Virus record (IMG/VR): IMGVR_UViG_2923339551_000004
Length of the DNA: 60,308 bases
From: a virus
Lineage: Duplodnaviria > Heunggongvirae > Uroviricota > Caudoviricetes
Strand: one strand, 5' to 3'
Shown piece after piece: positions 31,701 to 46,070 of the stretch (the stretch's first letter is position 1; every line of letters starts with the position of its first letter). The translations under genes and the position numbers were made by a program. The notes under the pieces are model-generated. The model had not been told where the DNA came from, ran no database searches, and saw only the letters and a list, made by a program, of their open reading frames with translations.

Positions 31701-31832
31701 TTTTAGCCCCAAAAAGCAATACAAGCTGCAATACAGAGATGATTGCAACACACAGATAACGAGGAAAATTCAGTGAAAGCACCAGATAAACTTATTCTTT
31801 ATTATCAAAAGATTAAGTGTAAAAACCAGCAA

Positions 31833-32108
31833 CTACACGAAAGCCTCAGAAAGCCATGCTAAGTGCTTGGGTTTGACATATCCCGGCGTAAATTCAGAGG
31901 TGGAGCCGCCACGGGAACGGATAACCTCACCGGAAACAATCGGCGAAACGTACAGCGCCATGTTTACCAGTCCCGGAATTTGTGAGAGATAGACTTTCTC
32001 CGTAGTGAAGGGATAGCTCTCACGGAAAAAGAGACGCAGAAACAGCGGATCAAACTTAAATTTCTGCTCATTTGCCGCCAGCAGCTGGGCGGTTGTGTAC
32101 ATCGACAT
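31833..32108 (-). pseudogene. E: major capsid protein E, N-terminal fragment (82 aa) fused to 9 satellite-encoded codons
   Basis: MSMYTTAQLLAANEQKFKFDPLFLRLFF...GYVKPKH then LAWLSEAFV and stop; breakpoint at the KPKH codons. Confidence 0.9.
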
Positions 32109-32163
32109 AAAAAAATCCCGTAAAAAAAGCCGCACAGGCGGCCTTTAGTGATGAAGGGTAAAG

Positions 32164-32496
32164 TTAAACGATGCTGATTGCCGTTCCGGCAAACGCGGTC
32201 CGTTTTTTCGTCTCGTCGCTGGCAGCCTCCGGCCAGAGCACATCCTCATAACGGAACGTGCCGGACTTGTAGAACGTCAGCGTGGTGCTGGTCTGGTCAG
32301 CATCAACCGCCAGAATGCCAACGGCAGCACCGTCGGTGGTGCCATCCCACGCAACCAGCTTACGGGTGGAGGTATCCAGCATCAGCGGGGTCATTGCAGG
32401 CGCTTTCGCACTCAATCCGCCGGGCGCGGTTGCCGTATGTGCCGGGTCACTGTTGCCCAGCGGCTGGTAATGGGTAAAGGTTTCTTTGCTCGTCAT
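32164..32496 (-). CDS. D: head decoration protein D
   Basis: [27 protein letters not shown]..., near-identical to lambda D. Confidence 0.95.
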   Translation of the reverse strand: MTSKETFTHYQPLGNSDPAHTATAPGGLSAKAPAMTPLMLDTSTRKLVAWDGTTDGAAVGILAVDADQTSTTLTFYKSGTFRYEDVLWPEAASDETKKRTAFAGTAISIV

Positions 32497-32505
32497 AAAC
32501 ATCCC

Positions 32506-33805
32506 TTACACTGGTGTGTTCAGCAAATCGTTAACGGCATCAGATGCCGGGTTACCTGCAGCCAGCGGTGCCGGTGCCCCCTGCATCAGACGATCCAGCG
32601 CAGTGTCACTGCGCGCCTGTGCACTCTGTGGTGCAGCTGCCAGAATGCGGCGGGCCGTTTCCACGGTCATACCGGGGGTTTCGGCCAGCACGCGTGCCTG
32701 TTCTTCGCGTCCGTGAGCCTCCTCACAGTTGAGGATCCCCATAATGCGACTGTTTTCTGCCGCAACCGCTGCGGTGATCTGCGCGTTCACGTCCGGCTGC
32801 GCCGCGCTGGCGTTCTCGCCCTCCGTCGCTTGCACCACGCCAGTAACGTCAGCCTGCGAAGCAGTGGCTGAAACAGTTGTTGATTGAGTCTCTTTGGTCA
32901 TTCGCCCTCCTGAGAGACGGGATTTACGTGCATCCAGTGCATCACGCATGACGGTGATCGCATCGGTACTGTTAACAAGTTCATCAGCCAGTCCGGCATC
33001 AATGGCCTCCTGACCGCTGTACACTGCAGCCTCGGTATCCAGCACAGCCTGCACGGACAGGCCGGTATATGCCGACACCTTCTGCGCAAACATCTGACGG
33101 GTTGCGTCCATCCGGGACTGCAGTGTCTCCCGGACGTCATCCGGAAGATGGCTGTAGGGATTGCCATCCACCTTATGGCTGCCGCTGTAAATCAGCGTGA
33201 TTTCCACACCCTGTTTCTCCAGGGCAGCACCGTAATTACTGTGAGCCATCATGACGCCGATGGAGCCTGTCCGGGCGGTCTGCGTGACCAGACGCCGGGA
33301 GGCGGCACTGGCAAGCAGCTGACCTGCACTGCAGTTCATGTCGTTGGCCAGCGCCCATACCGGTTTTATGTCACGCACACGGGCGATGATGTCAGCGCAG
33401 TCAAATGCCCCCGCCACCATTCCGCCTGGCGTGTCCATATCGAGCAGAATGCCGTCCACCATCGGGTCGCTGGCAGCCTGTTGCAGACGGGCGATAATGC
33501 CGTTGTAACCGGTCATCCCCGAGTACGGCTGCAGCGCCCGCGTCCGGCTGACCAGCGTGCCGGACACCGGCAGCACGGCGATGCCGTTCATGACCTGATA
33601 ACTGCGGGCCTGTCGTGGTCCGTCATCATCACCGGATAATGCCAGCGTCGCGAGTGCCTCCTGGGCAGTCAGGCTGTCGCCGGACACCGCATCCGTCAGG
33701 CGGCTGATCCCAAGCTGGCCTGCAAGCGCACAAAAGAAAACCCGCGCATAGGCGGGTTCAAGCATCAGCGGCTCATTAAAGGCCATGCTGGCAATATGCG
33801 GGAGA

Positions 33806-33815
<10 letters not shown>
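32506..33815 (-). CDS. C: capsid assembly protease C with nested scaffold Nu3
   Basis: Lambda C homolog (TAELRNLPHIASMAFNEPLMLEPAYARVFF); likely GTG start at 33815 with aggagg RBS, overlapping the B 3' end; the track ORF extends to 33960. Confidence 0.9.
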
Positions 33816-37506
<3,691 letters not shown>

Positions 37507-37532
<26 letters not shown>

Positions 37533-38052
37533 TCAGCAACCCCGGTATCAGTTCATCCAGCGCGGCTGCTTTGTTCATAGCTTTGATGATATCCCGTTTC
37601 AGGAAATCAACATGTCGGTTTTCCAGTTCCGGAAAACGCCGCTGCACCGACAGGGGGATCCCGTCGAGAATACTGGCAATTTCACCTGCGATCCGCGACA
37701 GCACGAAAGTACAGAATGCGGTTTCCACCACTTCAGCTGAGTCTCTGGCATTCTTCAGTTCCTGTGCGTCGGCCTGCGCACGCGTAAGTCGATGGCGTTC
37801 GTACTCAATAGTCCCTGGCTGCAGATCTGTCTCGCTGGCCTGCCGCAGTTCTTCAACTTCCCGGCGCAGCTTTTCGTTCTCAATTTCAGCATCCCTTTCG
37901 GCATACCATTTTATAACGGCGGCAGAGTCATAAAGCACCTCATTACCCTTGCCACCGCCTCGCAGAACGGGCATTCCCTGTTCCTGCCAGTTCTGAATGG
38001 TACGGATACTCGCACCGAAAATGTCAGCCAGCTGCTTTTTGTTGACTTCCAT
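37507..38052 (-). CDS. Nu1: terminase small subunit Nu1
   Basis: 181 aa, MEVNKKQLADIFGASIRTIQNWQEQGMPV. Confidence 0.95.
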
Positions 38053-38149
38053 TGTTCATTCCACGGCCAAAAACAGAGAAAGGAAACGACAAAGGCCCAA
38101 AAGTTCGTTTTCAGCACCTGTCGTTTCCTTTCTTTTCAGGGGTTATTTT

Positions 38150-38290
38150 AAATAAAAACATTAAGTTACGACGAAGAAGAACGGAAACACCTTAAACCGG
38201 AAAATTTTCATAAATAGCAAAAACCCGCGAGGTCGCCGCCCCGTAACCTGTCGGATCGCCGGAAAGGACCCGTAAAGTGATAATGATTAT
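38150..38290 (-). other. cos: helper prophage cos site, with the 12-nt cohesive-end sequence at 38230..38241
   Basis: aggtcgccgccc is the reverse complement of the lambda cohesive end GGGCGGCGACCT; flanked by cgtaacctgtc (lambda right end). Confidence 0.9.
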
Positions 38291-38440
38291 CATCTACATA
38301 TCACAACGTGCGTGGAGGCCATCAAACCACGTCAAATAATCAATTATGACGCAGGTATCGTATTAATTGATCTGCATCAACTTAACGTAAAAACAACTTC
38401 AGACAATACAAATCAGCGACACTGAATACGGGGCAACCTC

Positions 38441-38635
38441 ATGTCAACGAAGAACAGAACCCGCAGAACAACAACCCGCAACATCCGCTTTCCTAACCAA
38501 ATGATTGAACAAATTAACATCGCTCTTGAGCAAAAAGGGTCCGGGAATTTCTCAGCCTGGGTCATTGAAGCCTGCCGTCGGAGACTAACGTCAGAAAAGA
38601 GAGCATATACATCAATCCAGAGTGATGATGAATAA
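38441..38635 (+). CDS. hypothetical protein, conserved lambda right-end ORF
   Basis: 64 aa ORF between cos and bor. Confidence 0.5.
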   Translation: MSTKNRTRRTTTRNIRFPNQMIEQINIALEQKGSGNFSAWVIEACRRRLTSEKRAYTSIQSDDE

Positions 38636-38996
38636 ACATCCCGGTTTCTTCCACCATCGCACCGGAAAAGCGACTATGAGGGTAACCCTGCGTCTGTCAG
38701 CACAGTAAAACCCGGTGTGCATCGTTTTTGATTATTCCCGCACACTCACGCAGAAGGAATTCCCCGTCGGGCTACGGTCATGGTTAATGCGGGAATACGG
38801 CGACGATACAGCGCAGCTAAAAGGGTAATGGACAGAAAGAGCGGTTTATTTCATTCCACAGGATTCTGAGTGCCCCCCCCTCCTCCAATAGGCTGAGCAT
38901 CCACCTATATAGTTTTAATTTTCATCAATCCATTTAACTATCGTTTAATTGTTGTCACATAGGATTCTGCCGTTTTTAACAATGCAGGATAATAAG

Positions 38997-39290
38997 ATGA
39001 AAAAAATGTTGTTTTCTGCCGCTCTGGCAATGCTTATTACAGGATGTGCTCAACAGACGTTTACTGTTGGAAACAAACCGACAGCAGTAACACCAAAGGA
39101 AACCATCACCCATCATTTCTTCGTTTCGGGAATTGGACAGGAGAAAACTGTTGATGCAGCCAAAATTTGTGGCGGCGCAGAAAATGTTGTTAAAACAGAA
39201 ACCCAGCAAACATTCGTAAATGGATTTCTCGGTTTTATTACTTTAGGCATTTATACTCCGCTGGAAGCGCGTGTGTATTGCTCACAATAA
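38997..39290 (+). CDS. bor: Bor lipoprotein
   Basis: MKKMLFSAALAMLITGCAQQTFTV...; lipobox LITGC; start placed at MKKML. Confidence 0.9.
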   Translation: MKKMLFSAALAMLITGCAQQTFTVGNKPTAVTPKETITHHFFVSGIGQEKTVDAAKICGGAENVVKTETQQTFVNGFLGFITLGIYTPLEARVYCSQ

Positions 39291-39321
39291 TTGCATGAGT
39301 TGCCCATAGATATGGGCAGCT

Positions 39322-39783
39322 CTATCTGCACTGCTCATTAATATACTTCTGGGTTCCTTCCAGTTGTTTTTGCATAGTAATCAGCCTCTCTCTGAGGGTG
39401 AAATAATCCCGTTCAGCGGTGTCTGCCAGTCGGGGGGAGGCTGCATTATCCACGCCGGAGGCGGTGGTGGCTTCACGCACTGACTGACAGACTGCTTTGA
39501 TGTGCAACCGACGACGACCAGCGGCAACATCATCACGCAGAGCATCATTTTCAGCTTTCGCATCAGCTAACTCCTTCGTGTATTTTGCATCGAGCGCAGC
39601 AACATCACGCTGACGCATCTGCATGTCAGTAATTGCCGCGTTCGCCAGCTTCAGTTCTCTGGCATTTTTGTCGCGCTGGGCTTTGTAGGTAATGGCGTTA
39701 TCACGGTAATGATTAACAGCCCATGACAGGCCGACGATGATGCAGATAACCAGAGCGGAGATAATCGCGGTTACTCTGTTCAT
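39322..39783 (-). CDS. Rz: inner-membrane spanin Rz
   Basis: [36 protein letters not shown]..., lambda Rz. Confidence 0.9.
   Translation of the reverse strand: MNRVTAIISALVICIIVGLSWAVNHYRDNAITYKAQRDKNARELKLANAAITDMQMRQRDVAALDAKYTKELADAKAENDALRDDVAAGRRRLHIKAVCQSVREATTASGVDNAASPRLADTAERDYFTLRERLITMQKQLEGTQKYINEQCR
39381..39563 (-). CDS. Rz1: outer-membrane lipoprotein spanin Rz1, embedded in Rz in the +1 frame
   Basis: [24 protein letters not shown]...PPPPPAW. Confidence 0.9.
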   Translation of the reverse strand: MRKLKMMLCVMMLPLVVVGCTSKQSVSQCVKPPPPPAWIMQPPPDWQTPLNGIISPSERG

Positions 39784-40277
39784 TGCTGACCCCACAAACA
39801 GATTTCACGCTCAATCTCACGACGAGTCATGAGACCTTTCCATTGCTTACCGCCAGCATATGTCCAGCGACGTAGCTGATCACATGCGCCTTTAATATCA
39901 CCCTGGTTTATTTTGCGAAGAAGCGTCGATGTTCTGAAATTGCCAGCACCCACGTTGTAGACGAACGAGTAAAGAGCGCCGCGCGTTGTTTCCGGTATAT
40001 CGACTTTGATGTACGGGTTAATTTGTCTGGCGACAGTGGCAAGGTCTTTATTCAGGAGGGCTTTGCACTCTGCTTCGGTATACGTTTTACCGGGAATGAT
40101 GTCTTTTCCTGTATGCCCGTGACATACAGTCCATACACCAACTATGTCTTTGTAAGGATTATGTCTCACACCTTCCAGACCATCGTTACCACTTGGGCCA
40201 GTGATTAATACAGATGCTATAGCAATAGCCCCGCCACCAATAGCAGCAGCAACAGCTTTTCGTAATGATGGAGGCAT
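39780..40277 (-). CDS. R: SAR endolysin (T4-lysozyme-like), phage-21 type
   Basis: [37 protein letters not shown]... N-terminal signal-anchor-release domain; matches the P21 endolysin, not lambda R. Confidence 0.9.
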   Translation of the reverse strand: MPPSLRKAVAAAIGGGAIAIASVLITGPSGNDGLEGVRHNPYKDIVGVWTVCHGHTGKDIIPGKTYTEAECKALLNKDLATVARQINPYIKVDIPETTRGALYSFVYNVGAGNFRTSTLLRKINQGDIKGACDQLRRWTYAGGKQWKGLMTRREIEREICLWGQQ

Positions 40278-40492
40278 TATCCACCTCTCGCAGCCTTGCG
40301 CTTATCTTCTTTAATCTTGAAATAAAGGTTTGTCAGGTACGTCAGCAGGCCAAATACCAGGCTACCCAGCACTCCAATTGCCGCCCACTGTGAGGGCGTG
40401 ACTTTATCTAGCAGCTGTAAAAACCAGTACCCGGCACTACCTGCTGAGGTGCCATAGGCGACACCCGTTGTTAACTTATCCATGGATTTCAT
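40277..40492 (-). CDS. S: pinholin S21
   Basis: [26 protein letters not shown]..., two TM segments, basic C-terminus. Confidence 0.9.
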
Positions 40493-41064
40493 AACCCCAC
40501 CTCGCAGACAAAGCGGGTGTAAATTGAGGGAATACTACGAAACGTAACAGACTCGGAGTCAGTGAATAACTCAGGTATTGGGTTATCAGCTAATATCGAG
40601 ACTCAAAAAATGGAAAAACCCGCTCGACGGCGGGTTTAAGCTGTGTGACGAAGTAACCACTCTTAACAGCATAACCAATTTTTTACGTACGTAAACCACT
40701 AAATGATATTTGCGAGAATGCTACCGAGTATTGAAAACACCACTACAAATACATAAGCAAATCTCAACAAATAACCAACAAATAATTTCCAGTGTTATTT
40801 TTAGCTGGTTTAAATTGAACCTTCAAATTATAGAGCACTTATAAATAACAGCCGTTAATATAAATTGGCTAACAGATTTATTTTTATTCAGCCAAGAGCC
40901 ATGAATAGGATTCGATAGAAAAAAGTTCAGATAAAAATAGAGATCTACTTCACAAATCAAACGAGAAACCAAAACTTACATCTTGAAATAATCACATTGA
41001 TTAGATGAATATTTATCGCGCAGTGACATCATTTTTTAATAATAGTTCAAAAAAAGGGCTCACG

Positions 41065-42162
41065 ATGAAAAAATTAACAGTGGCAATTTCTGCTGTAGCT
41101 GCATCAGTACTGATGGCGATGTCTGCTCAGGCAGCTGAAATTTATAATAAAGACAGTAACAAGCTGGATCTGTACGGGAAAGTTAATGCTAAGCACTACT
41201 TCTCCTCTAATGATGCAGATGATGGTGATACTACTTATGCCCGTCTTGGCTTCAAAGGTGAAACCCAAATCAACGATCAACTGACTGGTTTCGGTCAGTG
41301 GGAATATGAATTCAAAGGCAACCGCGCTGAATCTCAAGGTTCCTCCAAAGATAAAACCCGTCTTGCCTTCGCTGGCCTGAAATTCGGTGACTACGGCTCC
41401 ATCGATTACGGCCGTAACTACGGTGTAGCATACGACATCGGTGCGTGGACTGACGTCCTGCCAGAATTCGGTGGTGACACTTGGACTCAAACCGACGTGT
41501 TCATGACTCAACGTGCAACTGGTGTTGCAACCTATCGTAACAACGACTTCTTTGGTCTGGTTGATGGTCTGAATTTTGCTGCTCAGTACCAAGGCAAAAA
41601 CGATCGTAGCGATTTCGATAACTACACTGAAGGTAACGGTGATGGCTTCGGTTTCTCTGCTACCTATGAATACGAAGGATTCGGTATCGGTGCAACTTAT
41701 GCGAAATCTGATCGTACCGACACTCAAGTTAATGCAGGGAAAGTTCTTCCTGAAGTATTTGCTTCCGGTAAAAATGCAGAAGTTTGGGCCGCAGGTCTGA
41801 AATATGACGCTAACAACATTTACCTGGCCACTACCTATTCTGAAACCCAGAATATGACTGTATTTGCTGATCACTTCGTTGCTAATAAAGCCCAAAACTT
41901 CGAAGCTGTTGCACAATATCAGTTCGATTTCGGTCTGCGTCCGTCCGTTGCTTACCTGCAATCTAAAGGTAAGGATCTTGGAGTATGGGGCGATCAGGAC
42001 TTAGTCAAATATGTTGATGTAGGTGCAACCTATTACTTCAACAAAAATATGTCTACTTTCGTTGATTACAAAATCAACCTGCTTGACAAAAATGACTTCA
42101 CTAAAGCACTCGGTGTAAGCACTGATGACATCGTTGCTGTAGGTCTGGTTTACCAGTTCTAA
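41065..42162 (+). CDS. nmpC: phage-borne outer membrane porin (NmpC/Lc-like)
   Basis: Signal peptide [23 protein letters not shown], beta-barrel porin sequence ending ...VGLVYQF. Confidence 0.9.
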   Translation: MKKLTVAISAVAASVLMAMSAQAAEIYNKDSNKLDLYGKVNAKHYFSSNDADDGDTTYARLGFKGETQINDQLTGFGQWEYEFKGNRAESQGSSKDKTRLAFAGLKFGDYGSIDYGRNYGVAYDIGAWTDVLPEFGGDTWTQTDVFMTQRATGVATYRNNDFFGLVDGLNFAAQYQGKNDRSDFDNYTEGNGDGFGFSATYEYEGFGIGATYAKSDRTDTQVNAGKVLPEVFASGKNAEVWAAGLKYDANNIYLATTYSETQNMTVFADHFVANKAQNFEAVAQYQFDFGLRPSVAYLQSKGKDLGVWGDQDLVKYVDVGATYYFNKNMSTFVDYKINLLDKNDFTKALGVSTDDIVAVGLVYQF

Positions 42163-42298
42163 TCTGATTACGAAAAAGATATGTTGCGGGAGGCGTTGCC
42201 TCCCCAACATATAAGTGGCTCCCTCAAGCCACTTCCTTTAGAAGCACAACCTTGCTTCTAACTATATAAACCTTCTGTTATATATTACCCTTTATTTT

Positions 42299-42323
42299 TG
42301 GGGGCGTCTCAACGCCCCATTTT
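42299..42323 (+). terminator. intrinsic terminator downstream of the porin gene
   Basis: ggggcgtctcaacgcccc followed by atttt; further hairpins at 42188..42258. Confidence 0.6.
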
Positions 42324-42351
42324 TAATAATTTTTAGTAAACAATTGGCATA

Positions 42352-42735
42352 TTAATTAGAGTTATTAACAACGATATCCATCTCTAACCGGATATCTAAT
42401 GCCATTAACATCCCTTCAATTATACCCTCAGCCTTCTGTAACCTTTTCCCGATATAACCATCAGAGCAGCAATGCTTACCTGCCAGTGACATGAATGTCA
42501 TACCGACTACATAATAATCTACTAATAAATCGTGCAAATCGCTGTTGTTCTTTTTCAGACGGGCCATGCACCCGCAAATGATCATCGCGTCATCGTCACA
42601 ACATTGCGGGCGAGATTTTACTTTTGAAGTAATTAATCCCTTAAAACCGGCGGCAATGGACGACCAGGTCACATCTTCATGATTATTAGCCGCCCACGCT
42701 CCCCAACGCTCAAGAACCATCTGAATATCACGCAT
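42352..42735 (-). CDS. Q: late antiterminator Q (phage 21 / QuuD type)
   Basis: [22 protein letters not shown]..., matches DLP12 QuuD / Q21. Confidence 0.9.
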   Translation of the reverse strand: MRDIQMVLERWGAWAANNHEDVTWSSIAAGFKGLITSKVKSRPQCCDDDAMIICGCMARLKKNNSDLHDLLVDYYVVGMTFMSLAGKHCCSDGYIGKRLQKAEGIIEGMLMALDIRLEMDIVVNNSN

Positions 42736-42957
42736 CAACTTACTCCACAAAAATCAGACCAGAACGCCAATTACAAGCAAAAATCAACAAAACAGTATTA
42801 GTTGATTGTTATCTCTGACTTCATACTCCTGCTCCTGTCAGGGTTTTGGCGTAATTCTTCAGTATTCGGTAATCGGTCAAAACAGAACCGGGGAAACGAT
42901 ATAAGCGCAGACGCCCCCAGCGGTGGCGAAGAAGTTCTGCCATATTAAACTCAAACA

Positions 42958-43320
42958 TCATTCATTCCCCATTTCGGTGATGGTCAGTTCCAGCCTCCCA
43001 CCTTTGGTAACAGGCATCTTCACAACGCGGTAATCAACGACCTGAGCATCATCCAGCCAGAAACCTGCTTTGGTGAGTGCGTCAAAAGAGGCTTTTTGCA
43101 GATTATCCAGGTCACGGCGACGGCGATCCGGCATGTGGCACTCAATGCGGATTTTCACAGGCATAGCCAGGCCGATATCCAGCATTGCGTTTTTAATGAT
43201 TCGGGCGACGTTATCGCAGTATGCCTGCCCCTCTGCGCTAACGTGCGTGCGCCCGCGATTATGGCGGTAATAGCGATTATTGCTCGGAGGCCAGGGTAAT
43301 GTGATGCTGTAGGTATTCAC
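42958..43320 (-). CDS. rusA: Holliday junction resolvase RusA
   Basis: 120 aa, [34 protein letters not shown]...; GTG start. Confidence 0.95.
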   Translation of the reverse strand: MNTYSITLPWPPSNNRYYRHNRGRTHVSAEGQAYCDNVARIIKNAMLDIGLAMPVKIRIECHMPDRRRRDLDNLQKASFDALTKAGFWLDDAQVVDYRVVKMPVTKGGRLELTITEMGNE

Positions 43321-43323
43321 GCC

Positions 43324-43534
43324 TTAATAACCCCCTCTTTCAGCCAGATAACCTGTGTTCTCGCCATACCTTCCAGCGCGCATTCTTTTGCATATGCAGC
43401 ATCGACTTGCTTGGCATGCCCTTTACCGGCAATCTTCTGTATGCGCTAAACCTAGATAGAATCCACTCTGTGCACATTGAAGCCCGCTCTATGCTTCCTT
43501 TCAGGTATTGAAGGGATTGAGATGGGCTAAGCAT
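43324..43534 (-). pseudogene. recombinant remnant: ninF-like start joined to the C-terminal ~25 codons of a ybcO-like gene
   Basis: ORF 43340..43534 begins [10 protein letters not shown] (NinF-like); a different frame ending at 43324 encodes ...[29 protein letters not shown] (YbcO C-terminus) with stops upstream. Confidence 0.55.
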
Positions 43535-43874
43535 TATTGGCCTCCTGCATCAGGAGAAAGACAATCATGGCGGCGCGGAGAGGTCTGGCATCAAATATTG
43601 GGCTTACGCCTTTTGCATCCACACACCATTCAGTTAACTGGTCTAAGATAGAAATCCTGTATTTCTCAATAATCGGCCATGAAGCGCTCGGATCATTGCA
43701 GTAGTCAGGCAAATGATTTAATGGCTCAAAAGTTGTATCAGCATTTCCGTAATACCATTTGTTGGTGTTATTCCCTGATGTTTCCGGTTTACTTGCCCAA
43801 AGGCCTTTAAAAATTATGTCTCCTACCATTCTGTTAATTTCAAAATCACTTAACTGTGAATAATCCATTGTCAT
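43527..43874 (-). CDS. hypothetical nin-region protein
   Basis: ORF with start [14 protein letters not shown] overlapping the stop of the upstream gene. Confidence 0.45.
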   Translation of the reverse strand: MTMDYSQLSDFEINRMVGDIIFKGLWASKPETSGNNTNKWYYGNADTTFEPLNHLPDYCNDPSASWPIIEKYRISILDQLTEWCVDAKGVSPIFDARPLRAAMIVFLLMQEANNA

Positions 43875-44047
43875 TTCCTCGCACGATATCTTAGCCACCG
43901 GATATCCCACAGGTGAGCTGTGTAATTGAAGGTTTTTACGTCAGATTCTTTTGGGATTGGCTTGCGTTTATTTCTGGAGCGTTTCGTTGGAAGGTATTTG
44001 CAGTTTTCGCAGATGATGTCGGTGAAACTTCGTCGCTGTCGCCTCAT
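43871..44047 (-). CDS. ninE: NinE-like small protein
   Basis: 58 aa, [52 protein letters not shown]; ATGA overlap with the upstream stop. Confidence 0.55.
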   Translation of the reverse strand: MRRQRRSFTDIICENCKYLPTKRSRNKRKPIPKESDVKTFNYTAHLWDIRWLRYRARK

Positions 44048-44571
44048 GCCGCCCTCCTGACGCCCTGCCCGATCGCCATCAATGCCGCTTTGGATACGGT
44101 AGTAAACATCCGTCGAGGACTGATGAACGGTCGCCAAATCAGCAGCATGGAGCCTTTGCTGTTTCCCTTCTTCTCCAGCCCTGTCGATGGTTCGATAAAA
44201 TTAATCCGTCCATCAGTGATAATGCGAACTTCGTCGACACTCTCCAGAGCCTTGCTGAACCATCCGACTGACATATCCTCTGGCACAAGCATAACTACCG
44301 TCTGTCGCTGTTGTATGCACTGCTCAGCGGCTTTTTCCACCCACGGCCTGATATTGCTGTACGGTGGGTTATTCCAGATTGCACCGTGGCTTACCCACTC
44401 AGAATTGAGCGCGTCGTCGGCCTCAGTTAGCCAGTGAGCACACAGAGCATTTTTGTCGCTCGCTGCAGAATCCAGCCAGAATCCAAACTCAATATCCAGT
44501 GCATCAAAAAGCCAAAGCGGCGTTTGCCAGCAGTCCTTGTCGTGTGCTGGCGTATTTGATTTGATAGTCAT
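44044..44571 (-). CDS. phage DNA N6-adenine methyltransferase (Dam-like)
   Basis: Motif [12 protein letters not shown] (NPPY); start placed at [20 protein letters not shown] (track ORF extends to 44631). Confidence 0.75.
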   Translation of the reverse strand: MTIKSNTPAHDKDCWQTPLWLFDALDIEFGFWLDSAASDKNALCAHWLTEADDALNSEWVSHGAIWNNPPYSNIRPWVEKAAEQCIQQRQTVVMLVPEDMSVGWFSKALESVDEVRIITDGRINFIEPSTGLEKKGNSKGSMLLIWRPFISPRRMFTTVSKAALMAIGQGVRRAA

Positions 44572-45008
44572 GCAGCCCGATCTCCCCATCTCGCTTTCCA
44601 CTCCAGAGCCAGTCTCGCTTCGTCTGACCACTTAACGCCACGCTCTGTACCGAATGCCTGTATAAGCTCTAATAGCTCCGCAAATTCGCCTACACGCATC
44701 CTGCTGGTTGACTGGCCTATTACCACAAAGCCATTCCCGGCAAGGTTAGGAACAACATCCTGCTGCTTTAATGCTGCGGTAAACACACACTTCCAGCTTT
44801 CTGCATCCAGCCAGCGACCATGCCATTCAACCTGACGAGAGACGTCACCTAAGCAGGCCCATAGCTTCCTGTTTTGGTCTAAGCTGCGGTTGCGTTCCTG
44901 AATGGTTACTACGATTGGTTTGGTTGGGTCTGGAAGGATTTGCTGTACTGCGTGAATAGCGTTTTGCTGATGTGCTGGAGATCGAATTTCAAAGGTTAGT
45001 TTTTTCAT
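44568..45008 (-). CDS. ninB: recombination protein NinB
   Basis: MKKLTFEIRSPAHQQNAIHAVQQILPDPTKPIVVTIQ... Confidence 0.95.
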   Translation of the reverse strand: MKKLTFEIRSPAHQQNAIHAVQQILPDPTKPIVVTIQERNRSLDQNRKLWACLGDVSRQVEWHGRWLDAESWKCVFTAALKQQDVVPNLAGNGFVVIGQSTSRMRVGEFAELLELIQAFGTERGVKWSDEARLALEWKARWGDRAA

Positions 45009-45081
45009 GACTTCCCTCTCCCCCAAATAAAAAGGCCTGCGATTACCAGCAGGCCTGTTATTAGCTCAGTGATGTAGATGG

Positions 45082-45372
45082 TCATCTTTTAACTCCATAT
45101 ACCGCCAATACCCGTTTCATCGCGGCACTCTGGCGACACTCCTTAAAAATCAGGTTCGTGCTCATCTTTCCTTCCCGTTCTTCCTTGGTAGCAAACCGGT
45201 AATACACCGTTCGCCAGACCTTACCTTCGATAACCAGAAGACCTGCCCGTGCCATTTTAGCCGCGGCCTGATTTATGCTGGTTACTGTTGCGCCTGTTAG
45301 CGCGGCAACGTCCGGCGCACAGAAGCTATTATGCGTCCCCAGGTAATGAATAATTGCCTCTTTGCCCGTCAT
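45082..45372 (-). CDS. ren: Ren
   Basis: 96 aa, MTGKEAIIHYLGTHNSFCAPDVAALTGATV... Confidence 0.95.
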   Translation of the reverse strand: MTGKEAIIHYLGTHNSFCAPDVAALTGATVTSINQAAAKMARAGLLVIEGKVWRTVYYRFATKEEREGKMSTNLIFKECRQSAAMKRVLAVYGVKR

Positions 45373-46070
45373 ACACTTGCTCCTTTCAGTCCGAACTTAG
45401 CTTTGATTTCTGCGATCTTCGCCAGAGCCTGTGCACGATTTAGAGGTCTACCGCCCATGACAGGAAGTTGTTTTACTGGTTCAGGGATCGCCTCACCACG
45501 GTTAATTCTCGCAGTCATATGGACAAGCTCATCTGCGGCCTTACGGCGTAATTCCGCATCAGTAAGCGCATTGGCCCGCATGTTCTGATACAGGTTGGTA
45601 ACCAGCCAGTAGTGCGCGTTTGATTTCCACGGATAAGACTCCGCATCCGGATACAGGCCTCGCTTCCGGCAATACTCGTAAACCATATCAACCAGCTCGC
45701 TGACGTTTGGCAGTCCGGCGATAACGGATGCTTCTTCCCGGCACCATGCAACAAACTGCCCGGGTGATGGCAGAAATGGTCGATTCTGCCGACGGGCTAC
45801 GCGCATTCCTGCGTTAACCTGTTCCATTGTGGTGATCCCGTTTTCCCGGAAAGCCAGCACCCACTGGCGGCGGATTTCGTTCAGTTCGTTCTGGTCCCGG
45901 TTAGCCAGGCTCGCCGGGAAAGTTGCCAGTAACTGGCTGAACACACCATTGATGATCTGCGCTACCTGTTGTACCTGCGGCTTTTCGTCGTACTGTTCCG
46001 GCATGTTGTTGGCGATCCGACGCATCTGCTCACGGTCAAAGTTAACCATCTGTGCGGCGATGTTTTTCAT
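45369..46070 (-). CDS. P: replication protein P (helicase loader)
   Basis: 233 aa, lambda P. Confidence 0.95.
   Translation of the reverse strand: MKNIAAQMVNFDREQMRRIANNMPEQYDEKPQVQQVAQIINGVFSQLLATFPASLANRDQNELNEIRRQWVLAFRENGITTMEQVNAGMRVARRQNRPFLPSPGQFVAWCREEASVIAGLPNVSELVDMVYEYCRKRGLYPDAESYPWKSNAHYWLVTNLYQNMRANALTDAELRRKAADELVHMTARINRGEAIPEPVKQLPVMGGRPLNRAQALAKIAEIKAKFGLKGASV

Larger units (their letters stand above)
20549..31873 (-). mobile_element. integrated phage-satellite-like element (PICI/P4-like) inside gene E, bounded by 10-bp direct repeats TGCTTGGGTT
   Basis: Repeat at 20549..20558 and 31864..31873; the two halves of E flank the element; content is integrase, AlpA, primase/helicase, iteron origin, SSB-like, cos, E-like and D-like capsid genes and AT-rich cargo. 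Confidence 0.8.
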
